Assembly: GCA_003224725.1 (NCBI GenBank)
Contig: QHZQ01000002.1
Location: 1-38,143 of the forward strand
Length of the DNA: 38,143 nucleotides
Source of the DNA: Acidobacteriota bacterium
GTDB taxonomy: Bacteria; Acidobacteriota; Terriglobia; Versatilivoradales; Versatilivoraceae
Direction of reading: 5' to 3'
Shown: in pieces, positions 27,847 to 38,143 of the stretch
Layout: the number at the start of each line of letters is the position of its first letter
Numbering within the stretch: position 1 is the first letter of the stretch
The notes under the pieces: model-generated
Told to the model about the DNA's origin: nothing
Database searches by the model: none
The model's input: only the letters and a program-made list of their open reading frames with translations
Program-made: the position numbers and the translations under genes

Positions 27847-30800
27847 ATGCGAAAAGTAGCAATACTCAGCGCCGTGCTTGCCTCTCTGCTCGCCATGGCA
27901 GGCACATTACGGGCACAGACGGCCACCGGCCAAATCACGGGCACCGTGAAGGACACGAGCGGAGCTGTGATGGCTGGAGCCAAGGTCACTCTGACCAACC
28001 CGCAGACAAACCAAACTCGCGAGACTACCACGAGCGCTGCGGGCGACTATGTGTTTCCGCTTCTGCCGGTTGGGGTGTACTCCGTGACCGCCGAGCAGCA
28101 AGGCTTCCGTGCCTCCAAGCGCTCCGACATTACGCTCAACGTTGCTCAGATCATCCGCATCGATCTGGAACTGGCGGTGGGGGAGGTGACGCAGACCATC
28201 GACGTGCAAGCGACCACGGCAGCGATCGACTCGGAGACGGCGGCGGTAGGGGCGACAGTGACTCAACGGCAGGTTACGGAACTGCCTCTGAACGGTCGAA
28301 ACTTCCTGCAGCTTTTGTTTCTCGGCAATGGTGCCGTTCAAACCAGCGGCGAGCAAGGAATTATGCGTCAGGGCGCCGGGGACGCGATCAGCATTAACGG
28401 ATCCCGGCCTACCTCGAACAACTATCTGCTCGACGGGACCTCGAACACCGACACCGCCCTGGGCACTCCGGGCGTCATTTTGTCGGTAGATGCCATCCAG
28501 GAATTCAAAGAGCAGACCACGACCTATTCGGCCGAGTATGGCTTCGGTGCCAATCAAATCAACATTGTCAGCAAGACTGGCACGAACGACTTGCATGGCT
28601 CGGTATTCTGGTTCGGCAGAAACGACGCTCTCGACGCCAGTAACTTCTTTAATAATCTCGCCGGCAATCCCAAATCGAAATTGCGGCAAAACCAGTTCGG
28701 CGTCGTCGCTGGAGGCCCAGTTTACATACCGAAGGCCTACAACGGCCGTAACAAGACATTCTGGCTTTTCAACTACGAACAGGGGATAATCCGAAGGGGT
28801 TTCCAGGAATTTGATTTTGTCCCGACCCCGGATCAGATGGCCTGTCGGTTCACGTCGGAGATCATCGACCCGGTCATTGGGCAGCCCTTTCCGAACAACA
28901 CCATCCCGGCAAGCCGTTTCTCGCGCCTCGGGAATCTAGCGCGCACCAAGTTCTTCCCTGCCCCGAACGCCAACCTTCCCCAAGGCAACTATATTCAGAG
29001 CCGGTCTCTACCTACAGATACCAAGCAATACACCGTCCGAGTAGATCAGCAGCTCGGCCGCTATGGAACGGTCTTTGGACGTTTCACGAATACGGACTAT
29101 ACGAACACCATCACGGATCGCGTCAACGAGATCGGGGACGTCTTCTTCGTGCAAAAAACGCGGAACTGGCAAGTCTCCCATTCGGTGCCCATCGGCGCAA
29201 AGCTTGTGAATCAGTTCCGCTTCGGTTACGTCGGGGCCACAGCCAACCAGCACGGAACGACGGCCGATCAGGCGGATGTCGATGCGCTTGCCCTGACTGG
29301 TGTCTTCACGACCCTGAACGACGACCAGCGTTCCTTGCCAGGTGTCAGCTTTGTCAATCTGGGGGCAGGGCTCGCAGGCGGTGGTAGCGCAGTCAACGAC
29401 TACCAGGCCAGCTATCAACCCATGTGGGACATGAGCAACACCACCACTTGGATTCGTGGACGTCACACGCTGAACTTCGGCGCCAATTATCGCCGTTGGT
29501 CGCTGCAGCGAGACCTGGCGAACGATTTCCTCGGTAATATCAGATTCAGCGGTTTTTTCACGGGCAACAAGACCCAGGACAACGCGATCGCGGACATGCT
29601 GCTCGGTTACTACTCCGATGCCAGCGTCTTTCAGCCGGCTGGCTTCAGTGTCGGCAATTTGTCGGGCAATCCGCGCCAGTTCAACTACTGGTATCTTGCC
29701 CCCTATCTGCAGGATGACTGGAAAGTGAGTTCTCGCCTCACTTTGAACCTGGGACTTCGCTGGGACTTCCGCACTATCCCCTACGAATCGCACGACCGCA
29801 TGGGCTGGCGCTTGTGGCGGATAAGACCCTGGTGGACAAAGGCATTATCGGCGATGGCAGTTTCTACAAATTTGCCGGGCGGCGTAACCCCTCGGACGCT
29901 TCGAAGAGGGTACTTTCTCCTCGCTTTGGCTTCGCCTTCCGGCCGTTCAGCGACGATAAGACCGTGGTGCGGGGCGGCTATGGCGTTTTCTTCGATTCTG
30001 CCGAAGGACGCGAGATCGATGGTGCCGCGGATATCTATCCCTATGTAAGCCGCGGACTCTATAGCCAGAGCCTGGGCCAGACTGAGCCGCTAAAGACCAC
30101 GGACCAGCTGTTCCCCAGTTTTGCCGATCTTGGTCCTGTGACTCCCGCGTCAGACAGCTTCCTGGCGGTGAGCATGTCGCCGGAACCACGGAACCCTTAC
30201 GTTCAGCAGTGGTCTTTCGGAATTCAGCGCGCGCTGGGCGCCAAAACGACCTTCGAAGTGAATTACATCGGCAACAGGGGGACCCACTTGCTGATGCGGC
30301 GGAACATTGCGCAGTCCCTGCTGCCTTCTAATCCTGCGATCTGCGCGGCGACGCCCGATGCCGGTGACTGCCCGGTGCTGGCTCGCAGGCCCTATCCCAA
30401 CTTCGGCACCTACATCGACAGCGACTGGTCCGGGAACTCCAGCTACAATTCGTTTAACACCAAGATCGAGCATCGTACCAACAGCATGATCTTCACGACG
30501 ATTTATACCTGGGCGAAGAGTATCGACAACAAATCCGCTGCTGCCGGCATTGGCAACGATGTCGCCGGCTGGCAGGGATTTCTGGACAATCACGATGTGA
30601 GACGTGATCGCGGGCGTTCGGAGTTCAGTGTGGACCACCGTTTGGTGAGCAGCTTCGTCTACGAACTGCCCTTCGGGCACGGACGGCGGTATCTTGGCAG
30701 CGCTTCCGGCGTGGCGAATCATGTGATTGGAGGCTGGCAGGTGAACGGCATCGTTACGTTCCAGACGGGATTCCCCATGACCATCACCGGCGCCGATGTC

Positions 30801-31169
30801 GGGGGCCTCAACGACACCTTTGGCACAAACCGGGCCGATCTCGTTGGAGATGCACACGCGAGCATCAGCCCAACTATTGCCAAGTGGTTCAACACTCAAG
30901 CTTTTAAGCAGCCGGCAGCGGGGTTCCTCGGCAACTCCGGCCGCAGCATTCTGAATGCACCTGGCCTTAACAACTGGGACACAGGGCTGTTCAAGAACTT
31001 CAGAATTAGCGAGCAGATGAGCTTCCAGTTCCGATTCGAGTCGTTCAATGCGTGGAACCACACCCAGTGGGACGTTCCGGTCCGTGACGTGTCGGATTCG
31101 CGATTCGGCCAAGTCATTGCTGCTCGGCCGGCCCGTATCAACCAGATCGGGCTGAAATTTCTTTGGTGA
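27847..31169 (+). pseudogene. Oar-like TonB-dependent receptor with N-terminal carboxypeptidase-regulatory-like domain, frameshifted near 29810
   Basis: Signal peptide, GQITGTVKD, ELPLNGRNF, SVDAIQEF, QDDWKVSSRLTLNLGLRW | SPRFGFAFRP, VRGGYGVFF, FQFRFESFN and C-terminal RINQIGLKFLW. Confidence 0.9.
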
Positions 31170-31227
31170 CGCCTTCGTCGTACGATTCATGACTAGCCAA
31201 GGGCTCCCCGTTGATATCCTGGGTTAG

Positions 31228-31320
31228 GTAGCCACGATTAACGCGTTTTTGCGGTAATCGTGCAATCCGTAGTGCCTGACATGCCCACGGTTAATTAGAA
31301 GGCGAATTAACCGTGGCTAC
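31228..31320. repeat. Inverted doublet of GTAG-type REP hairpins (REPIN/BIME-like)
   Basis: GTAG-CCACGATTA..TAATCGTG, then CCACGGTTAATT-AGAAGGCG-AATTAACCGTGG-CTAC. Confidence 0.75.
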
Positions 31321-31538
31321 CAAAAAAAAGCGAACAAAATTCTCGGAACGTCGCGCTGCCAGATCAGCCAGACCTGGCGGGCCTTTTCCTACGGGCATGA
31401 TTATCAAAGGTTACGAAACGGTCAAATAATTTAGAAAGCCGGCAGGGACGCCGACGAATCTGATCGTACGGTGGGCCTTCGCACTCTTGGCGTCCTTGGC
31501 GGTTCGCCTTCCTCAGACTGAGACTCGAAAGCAAAACC

Positions 31539-32714
31539 GTGCGAAGAGCACTCATATTCTTAGGTCTCTTGTGTCTATCTGGTGCGCACCTCCTGGCTCA
31601 GCCGTTTGACAACAGTCAGCTTCAACGATACTCCGAGGAAGGGGAAAGAGCGCTGGCTGAGAAACGCTATCCGGAGGCAGAAAAGGCTTACGAAAAGCTC
31701 CGGCAGTTGGACTCGGGGATTGCCGAAGTCCATGGTAAGCTCGGGCTGATTTACTTTCAGCAGGGGAAATTCGCGCAAGCCGTTCTGGCCTTGCGTCAGG
31801 CCTTGAAGCTCAAACCCAACTTGCTGAATGCTGATTCTCTTTTGGCGATGTCTCTATCCGAACTCGGCCACTATGATGAGGCATTGCCCGGCCTGCAGAC
31901 AGGGTTCCGTCGCTCCTCCGATCCAGCGCTAAGACGAATGATCGGGCTTCAGTTGCAAAGGAGTTATACCGGGTTGCAGCGCGACCGCGAGGCAGTGGAA
32001 GTGACCCTGGAATTAACCCGGCTTTATCCGCAGGATCCGGAGGTCCTTTATCACGCCGCGCGCTTGTCGGCAAACTTCGCCTACCTGGCGATGCGGAAAC
32101 TTTCGCTAGTGGCGCCGACTTCGGTCTGGATGCGTCAGGCCGCGGGCGAAACCTACGAGAGTCAGGGACACCATGACCTGGCCATCAGAGAATACCGGCA
32201 GGTGCTCGCGCTCGACCCACGACGGCCGGGTATCCATTTCCGGCTGGGTCGAGCGCTACTGTCGCGCTCCCCGACCGAGGCATTGAAGGAATTCGAACAG
32301 GAGCTCGAGTTGGATCCCACCAATGCCAATGCGGCTTACGAGTTGGCAGAAATCCATCGCAAGGCGGGACAGCTCGACAGAGCCCAAAAGTTCTTTGAAG
32401 CGGCTTTGAGAAATTATCCTGATTTTGAGGAAGCTCAGTTAGGATTGGGCCGGGTGCTGATCGCACTGAAGAAACCTGACACGGCACTGCCTCATCTTCG
32501 AAAGGCGATCTCACTGAACCCGGAGAACGAGGTTGCCTATTATCAGCTTTCCCAAGCTCACAAGGCGCTTGGCAGCGCCACAGAACAGCAAAAGGCACTG
32601 ACGGAATTCCAACGCCTGCGAAGCCAAAAGTCACGACAGCAGGAGCCAGTGAAGCAGGCCTTATCGCCTCGAGAAGTGACGAGACAGGAACTTGACCCAG
32701 GGGCAGTGCCGTAA
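31539..32714 (+). CDS. Secreted tetratricopeptide repeat protein
   Basis: Signal peptide and several TPR units (AEVHGKLGLIYFQQG, IHFRLGRALL, AAYELAEIH, AQLGLGRVL). Confidence 0.9.
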   Translation: MRRALIFLGLLCLSGAHLLAQPFDNSQLQRYSEEGERALAEKRYPEAEKAYEKLRQLDSGIAEVHGKLGLIYFQQGKFAQAVLALRQALKLKPNLLNADSLLAMSLSELGHYDEALPGLQTGFRRSSDPALRRMIGLQLQRSYTGLQRDREAVEVTLELTRLYPQDPEVLYHAARLSANFAYLAMRKLSLVAPTSVWMRQAAGETYESQGHHDLAIREYRQVLALDPRRPGIHFRLGRALLSRSPTEALKEFEQELELDPTNANAAYELAEIHRKAGQLDRAQKFFEAALRNYPDFEEAQLGLGRVLIALKKPDTALPHLRKAISLNPENEVAYYQLSQAHKALGSATEQQKALTEFQRLRSQKSRQQEPVKQALSPREVTRQELDPGAVP

Positions 32715-32825
32715 GCCTGGCAGTAGCACTTTCCGGCGAAAGGTCCGCCCCGAATTGGCGTCAATCAGTGAATCTGTCATAAAGATTGCTTGGAAATCGC
32801 GGAAGTACGCCGCTCAATCTGAGAC

Positions 32826-33398
32826 TTACTTGAAAACTTCAGTGACTTGAAGGTCGAATCCTCCTAGGACATTGGAGCTTAGTTTGTCATTGAGGCCATA
32901 TAGACCGGCGGTTGTAATTTCGCCCGAGGAAATGCGGAGCACTTCGATGGTTTCTGCTTCAGGACTGACTAACCAGGCTTCACGAACACCAATTTTTTGA
33001 TAATCCCTTAACTTCTCATCTATCTCCTGCCTGGAATCTTTCGGGGACAATACTTCCACGACAAGATCCGGAATGATCTCGGTGGGTTTTTTCTTACGTA
33101 ACTCCGATCGACCGGTAATTCCCGTTCGCTCGGCATTGAGAAACAAAACATCCGGCTGCCGCGTTTGCAAAGGAGAGCGACTTATGATTACGTCACAGGG
33201 GGCAGCCAAAACCACACCCAGTCCACGTTTTGCTACAAATTGACGGAGCAAGGTATAGATATTCATAGCCACCCATTGATGATCGGGCGAAGGTGCTGGT
33301 GTCATGCGCAGCTCTCCCTGAATAATTTCACTAGGTTGGTGAATCTGAGGCATTAACAGATAGTCTTCATACGTCAGCAGCTTAGTTTGAAGAGACAT
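32826..33398 (-). CDS. Uma2 (DUF820) family putative endonuclease
   Basis: LTYEDY, EIIQGEL.MTPAP..HQ, QPDV, PDLVVEVLSP and YQKIGVREAWLV. RBS GGAGG. Confidence 0.92.
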   Translation of the reverse strand: MSLQTKLLTYEDYLLMPQIHQPSEIIQGELRMTPAPSPDHQWVAMNIYTLLRQFVAKRGLGVVLAAPCDVIISRSPLQTRQPDVLFLNAERTGITGRSELRKKKPTEIIPDLVVEVLSPKDSRQEIDEKLRDYQKIGVREAWLVSPEAETIEVLRISSGEITTAGLYGLNDKLSSNVLGGFDLQVTEVFK

Positions 33399-33579
33399 TG
33401 CACCCTCCGTTAACTTTTGATTGTATCACATCTGTTTCGTCCACTTTCAGCCCTCTGTTTGCTTTTTGACGCTTGTATTCTTGGGTTCCCTGCTTGTTCC
33501 CGTTCCTCATTTGGAGGAGACAACATCGCTGAAATTCATTTCCGGCGCGCCAGACAAATTGGGGTTCCCAACCTGGCGC

Positions 33580-33972
33580 TTAACGTTTCAGCAGCTTAAA
33601 AAATACATTCTCGTTATGATGATTGCTGGAAAAGCGAACGTCCCATTCTTTAGAATGAACATGCAGGTATTTTACGTGTTGCATCACTTCTTGAGGACTG
33701 GCTTGGAGGGCCCGGCCCATCTCGGTGTAGGACACATGACCGAGACATGATTTCAGTTTGTCATAAGCTTCGATGAATTTTTCAGCCTTTGCTGGTTCAA
33801 GCGACAAGGGCCGCGTTTTCTGGTAATTCATGATGTCAAGGTAAAAACCAAGCCGTGACACCAGTTTTGCCTCTGCTTCCGTTCTTTCTTCTTTTGCTTT
33901 CATATCCCTCAGGATCTTACTTAAAGGTCGAACAGATATATCGACGGCTTTGGAAGAAAAATGAGACTGCAA
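33580..33972 (-). CDS. Hypothetical protein (start uncertain)
   Basis: 130-codon ORF with protein-like composition, co-oriented with Uma2. No recognised motif. Confidence 0.4.
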   Translation of the reverse strand: MQSHFSSKAVDISVRPLSKILRDMKAKEERTEAEAKLVSRLGFYLDIMNYQKTRPLSLEPAKAEKFIEAYDKLKSCLGHVSYTEMGRALQASPQEVMQHVKYLHVHSKEWDVRFSSNHHNENVFFKLLKR

Positions 33973-34237
33973 TTGAGAACCAAACCCAAGGACCAGCCAG
34001 AGGCTTCTTCACCACGTTACTATACTATTACTGTGGAAAAATATAATGAAACCCTCTCCTCTATTTTGAGCTTAATTTAATCTTTCTTGACCAAGAAAAT
34101 CAAGTCAGGTCACCCACCCACCAGTCGCATCAAAATTCTTTGGCATTTCTCCGGTTTGGGTCTTATGATGGAAGGTGAACAATGAGATTCGTAATCAGTG
34201 CGATTCTACAAATTCTAGATGAGCGTGAAGGATTAGC

Positions 34238-35113
34238 TTGAAAACAAGATTTCAATATCCTCTTCCGTTCCTGATTTTGCTATGTCTGCTTTTAGCCGTG
34301 CAATCATTCCTCATGGCGCAAGCCAATGTTCGTATCTGTGAAGACGTGACATTCAAAAGCGTCGATGGGATGAAGATCTACGGTTATCTTTACAGGCCAA
34401 AGGTCAGCGGACCGTTTCCGGCCATCGTTCGAGTTCATGGTGGAGTCCATGGGCAGGCAAAAATGAGAAATCAAGATTTCTTTGTGGACAACGGTTACGT
34501 GGTTCTGGATGTGGATTACCGCGGCAGCGAAGGACATGGCAAAGATTATCGCAACAAGCTGGCCATGGGTGAGAAGGAAGTGGATGACGTGATTGCCGGC
34601 GCAAAATACTTGCAGGCGTTGCCCTTTGTGCGAAAAGATAAGCTGGCGATCATGGGGGATAGTCGGGGAGCTTATATTACGTATTGCGTCCTGTCTCGTG
34701 CCAATCCCTTTAAAGCTGCGGTCGCCATCAGTGGGTTTACGGATCTCGCCAAGCAATATCAATACGAAGAAGAAATCGCTCCCAATTTCATGGGAATGCA
34801 AAAGCTGATGCGAGGTTCCCCTTATACCAGTCCAGACAAATTTAAGGATCTCTCGCCTGTCAACTTCGCCAACAAGATCAATGCGCCTATACTGCTCCTG
34901 CATGGGAACAACGACCGTCTGGTGCTTCCCGAACATTCCTGGAAAATGGATGAGGAATTACTCAAGTATCAAAAAGAGCATGATATCGTCATTCTTTATG
35001 CTCCTGAAGAGGACACAGGTCACAATCTGAAAGGAAGGGCCCTCGACGAAGCCCATCAGGAGATGTTGAAATGGTTTAACAAGTACTTGTTTCCCGACGG
35101 GAAGAAGAAGTAG
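34238..35113 (+). CDS. Secreted S9-family (prolyl oligopeptidase-like) alpha/beta hydrolase
   Basis: Signal peptide, VHGG, DYRGSEGHG, nucleophile elbow GDSRG, HGNNDRLV and GH. Confidence 0.9.
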   Translation: MKTRFQYPLPFLILLCLLLAVQSFLMAQANVRICEDVTFKSVDGMKIYGYLYRPKVSGPFPAIVRVHGGVHGQAKMRNQDFFVDNGYVVLDVDYRGSEGHGKDYRNKLAMGEKEVDDVIAGAKYLQALPFVRKDKLAIMGDSRGAYITYCVLSRANPFKAAVAISGFTDLAKQYQYEEEIAPNFMGMQKLMRGSPYTSPDKFKDLSPVNFANKINAPILLLHGNNDRLVLPEHSWKMDEELLKYQKEHDIVILYAPEEDTGHNLKGRALDEAHQEMLKWFNKYLFPDGKKK

Positions 35114-35449
35114 GGGCCATAAACCCGACAGATGGAGTTAACCACGAAGGCACCAAGCAGAGGGGATTAGCTTGCCGCAGAGCACCTAAGGATGAAAATT
35201 AATGCCCCTTTTGAATAAACGGAGGGTGCACGGGGATATCCCTGGTTTACGATATTGTCCCGACCAAAAGAACACCCTAGGCTGCGTGGCTGCTAAGTTA
35301 GGAGACAGGAACGAGAACAAAGGTGCAGCGTGGCTTACAGTCCTCGTTTGCTTTGTAACCGCTCTGGTCGCTGCGCGGAGCGTGCCTCCCACATTCTTAA
35401 AAATTAAGACCTACGTCCCCGTTGATAACGGATTTTCAAGTCAGAACTC

Positions 35450-35917
35450 ATGAGAAACGTTCATCCTGAGATTAATCTCCTGCTGAAAATCCTGGACGAA
35501 GGTTATAACAAGAAAGCCTGGCACGGCCCCACGGCCGAAGCGGCAGCTTGGAGACCCGGGCCTGGCCGGCATAATATTTGGGAAATCGTAGCTCATGCGG
35601 CTTATTGGAAATACGCCGTGAGGCGTAGATTGCGGGGAGATAAGAGAGGATCGTTTCCTCTTAAAGGCAGTAACTGGTTTATCCTTCCGGTCTCACAGAC
35701 TGAAAAAGCCTGGCGACAAGATCTATATTTATTGGAGCGGCAGCATCGGATGTTACTTGAAGCGGTGGCATTGATACCTCACCGAGAGTTACACCGGTCG
35801 GCGCTTGGCAGTAAGACAAGCAATGCAATTCTCATCTACGGGATCGCTGCTCACGACATCTACCATGCCGGGCAGATTCAATTGCTAAAGCGGTTGCAGG
35901 CAAATCAGGAGAGTTGA
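35450..35917 (+). CDS. DinB/YfiT-like metal-binding protein
   Basis: AWHGP, HNIWEIVAH and HDIYHAGQIQLLK. Confidence 0.85.
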   Translation: MRNVHPEINLLLKILDEGYNKKAWHGPTAEAAAWRPGPGRHNIWEIVAHAAYWKYAVRRRLRGDKRGSFPLKGSNWFILPVSQTEKAWRQDLYLLERQHRMLLEAVALIPHRELHRSALGSKTSNAILIYGIAAHDIYHAGQIQLLKRLQANQES

Positions 35918-36062
35918 CCGTCTCGCTCCAGGACAAGCTTAGGTAAATGGGCACTTTGCAATTGAAAAGATGGGCTGATTTCGGTAGCCTTTGGGTCTTC
36001 CTCTAGCCCTTTTTTCGTTAAGCAAATCCTCCTACCCTGCCGATCTTTCTTGGGTATCCATC

Positions 36063-37259
36063 ATGATCAAAAGAATATTCTCAAGCATCGGTTTAAAAAA
36101 TACTTGGAACTATTGGAAGAACAAGAAACTTATCGGCGTTAATCTTCTATTGGGAGGCTTGGCCCTTAGCGGCCTCCTCATTCATCACCGACTAAGTCCT
36201 CCAGTAACTCCTGCATCTTTACCCACGGAGGTTCAAAAGGCGGAGCCGCCTCTCCAAAAGCCTTCATTAGTTGAAAGATTTGCAGGCCAAGTCGAGAGGA
36301 ACATGACGTTCAGTGATGTCCTTTCGGCCTACAAGTTTCCTCGGCAGCTTGTTCAAGAATTGGTTGTGATTACCAAACCTATCTATAACTTGCAAAAGCT
36401 GATCGTAGGCAATAAGTTTGAGCTGGAACGGCTTTCAGATGGAACCTTGAGGCAGTTCCGCTATGAGGTTGACCTGGACAAAAATCTCAAGGTCTATCTT
36501 ACCGAGGAAGGTTACAAGGCGGAGCTTGAGCCGACTGAGTATGAAACTCGCTCAGAGTTTGTGAGTGGAGCTATCCAGAATTCTCTTTTCTACACCCTCA
36601 ATGAATTGAACGAACGGGATCAATTGGCCCTGGATTTGTCAGAAATTTTCTCCTGGGATATTGACTTCAACACCGACTTGCAACCATCCGATCATTTCAA
36701 ATTGGTGGTGGAAAAACAGTATCTAGAGGGAAAGTTTGTTAGATATCGCAAGATTCGAGCGGCTGAATTTATCAACAAGGGTAAACTCTATTCCGCTTTT
36801 TATTACACCGATGCAGAGGGACACTCAGACTATTATAATGCCGAGGGCCAATCCTTAAGACGGGATTTCTTAAAATCGCCCATTAAGTTTTCTCGCATTA
36901 GTTCGAAGTTTTCACGCAACCGATTTCACCCTATTTTAAAAGCCTACCGTCCCCATTTGGGCGTCGACTATGCCGCCCCATCAGGAACTCCGGTCGTTGC
37001 CGCAGGAAACGGTCACATTCAGTTTGCGGGTTGGAATGGTGGCTTCGGACGTTTCATCCAAATTACCCACGGCAACAGTCTAACGTCAATGTATGGTCAC
37101 CTCTCCCGTTTTGCGCTTGGGATTCGGAATGGAAGTAGCGTGAAGCAGGGAGAGGTTATTGGATTTGTCGGAGCTTCAGGATTAGCCACAGGCCCACATT
37201 TGGATTATCGAGTGACGCGGAATGGCCGTTTTGTTAATCCTATTTCGATCAAGTTCTAA
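36063..37259 (+). CDS. M23 peptidoglycan DD-metalloendopeptidase (MepM/Csd3-like); C-terminal tail cut off by a TAA
   Basis: N-terminal TM, WDIDF..LQPSD.F, RFHPIL, HLGVDY, YGHLS and TGPHLDY. The frame continues to 37400 after the stop. Confidence 0.9.
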   Translation: MIKRIFSSIGLKNTWNYWKNKKLIGVNLLLGGLALSGLLIHHRLSPPVTPASLPTEVQKAEPPLQKPSLVERFAGQVERNMTFSDVLSAYKFPRQLVQELVVITKPIYNLQKLIVGNKFELERLSDGTLRQFRYEVDLDKNLKVYLTEEGYKAELEPTEYETRSEFVSGAIQNSLFYTLNELNERDQLALDLSEIFSWDIDFNTDLQPSDHFKLVVEKQYLEGKFVRYRKIRAAEFINKGKLYSAFYYTDAEGHSDYYNAEGQSLRRDFLKSPIKFSRISSKFSRNRFHPILKAYRPHLGVDYAAPSGTPVVAAGNGHIQFAGWNGGFGRFIQITHGNSLTSMYGHLSRFALGIRNGSSVKQGEVIGFVGASGLATGPHLDYRVTRNGRFVNPISIKF

Positions 37260-37471
37260 CCCTCCACCCCCGTAAAGCCACAATATTTGGCTCTGTTCCA
37301 ATCCCAAAAGGAAAAATGGCAGAGCCAACTCGCGGCTATAAGTATTTCTAAAGAACCTCAAGTCGCTTCTGCTCAGAAACCTAACCCTGATCCGAAATAA
37401 CCAAACAGCAAAGCGCCACAAAAAACCATCGGCGCGTCCGTCTTTCCCAGTTGATCTTTTGGTAGGCGGAA

Positions 37472-38143
37472 TTACGAAAGCACTTGCTTCAACTCCTCCA
37501 CAAAACGTTTCATCTCCTCATCTGTTCCGATGGTAACGCGCATGTGGCTAGTTAGAGGAGCAAAGACTCTGCCAACGAAAACATTACGTGCGCGCAGGGC
37601 GCTCAGTACCGGTAAGACTTCCCGCCGTAAATCAATCATTAGAAAATTAGCCTGAGAAGGAATGCATCTTAGTCCGAACGTTGTGACCTGTTCTTCAACG
37701 AAGCGCCTCGTTTGTGCGTTCAATTTTTGATTCCGGCTTACAAATTCTTTATCGTCCAGACTCGCCAAACCCGCCGCGACGGTCAACGCATTCATGTTGA
37801 GCCAAATCTTAAAAGGCGACATTCGACTAATGAGATCTTCACGTCCCACAGCGTATCCCAGGCGGAGGCCTGCCATTCCGTAAATTTTGGAAAAAGTCCG
37901 GGTAACGACTACTGCTTTGCCCTCCGCTGCAAAAGGAATGGATGAAACATAGGAAGGATCATCCGCGTAATGGTAGTAGGCCTCATCAATGAGGACCGGA
38001 ACATGGGGTGGCATAGAGGTCAAGAAGTCTTTCATCTCGTTCCCTGAAACCACTGTAGCGGTCGGGTTGTTGGGGTTGCAGAGATAGACTAGACCCGTCC
38101 TATCGTTCACTGCCGCCCGCATTTTTTTGAGATCGTGCCGGTA
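37472..38143 (-). CDS. hisC: Histidinol-phosphate aminotransferase-like PLP enzyme (5' truncated by window)
   Basis: CNPNNPT, IDEAY, RTFSKIYGMAGLRLGY, SQANF and RVTIGT. Confidence 0.85.
   Translation of the reverse strand, partial: YRHDLKKMRAAVNDRTGLVYLCNPNNPTATVVSGNEMKDFLTSMPPHVPVLIDEAYYHYADDPSYVSSIPFAAEGKAVVVTRTFSKIYGMAGLRLGYAVGREDLISRMSPFKIWLNMNALTVAAGLASLDDKEFVSRNQKLNAQTRRFVEEQVTTFGLRCIPSQANFLMIDLRREVLPVLSALRARNVFVGRVFAPLTSHMRVTIGTDEEMKRFVEELKQVLS

Noticed and set aside
29790-29830. Programmed ribosomal frameshift in the TonB receptor (also PSD1 and CocE)
   Set aside because: No slippery sequence at the junctions, and residues appear to be missing, which fits deletion better.
27907-31190. 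Long minus-strand ORFs (260, 261 and 346 aa)
   Set aside because: Antisense shadows of the GC-rich TonB receptor. The same applies to ORFs opposite RND, DUF1501 and the S9 peptidase.
32826-33398. Uma2 as the enzyme mobilising the repeats or as a defence system
   Set aside because: It is not flanked by any repeat family and has no partner genes. Stand-alone Uma2 genes are common.
37257-37259. Stop-codon recoding
   Set aside because: TAA ends many intact genes in this window, so a single nonsense change is simpler.

Overview
38-kb accessory-type region, probably from an Acidobacteriota-like genome. This is inferred from an Oar-like TonB receptor followed by a TPR gene, a PSD1/DUF1501 pair and a YncE propeller. 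Gene order: thiD (partial), MBL-rhodanese persulfide dioxygenase, orphan kdpE/kdpD-like pair, DUF1269-like gene plus a broken paralog, HTH-like ORF, CocE/NonD pseudogene, adenosine deaminase pseudogene, orphan Flp pilin, YncE, adk, TolC-MFP-RND efflux operon, long coiled-coil protein, SDR, split PSD1 cytochrome c gene, DUF1501, D-2-hydroxyacid dehydrogenase, frameshifted TonB receptor, TPR, Uma2, S9 peptidase, DinB, M23 peptidase, hisC (partial). No rRNA, tRNA, CRISPR or transposase gene was seen. The most unusual content is non-coding. (1) A 150-220 bp hairpin element without terminal inverted repeats occurs in three copies. One copy splits a gene between CTAGG direct repeats, and the empty site can be reconstructed. 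(2) A 129-bp MITE with 17-bp TIRs is nested inside a related hairpin, in frame in the efflux adaptor ORF. (3) GTAG-type REPs and several inverted short-period (6/7/9-bp) repeat blocks occupy intergenic gaps. (4) Many genes show clean internal deletions, some removing key motifs. All family assignments come from motif recognition by eye, not database searches.
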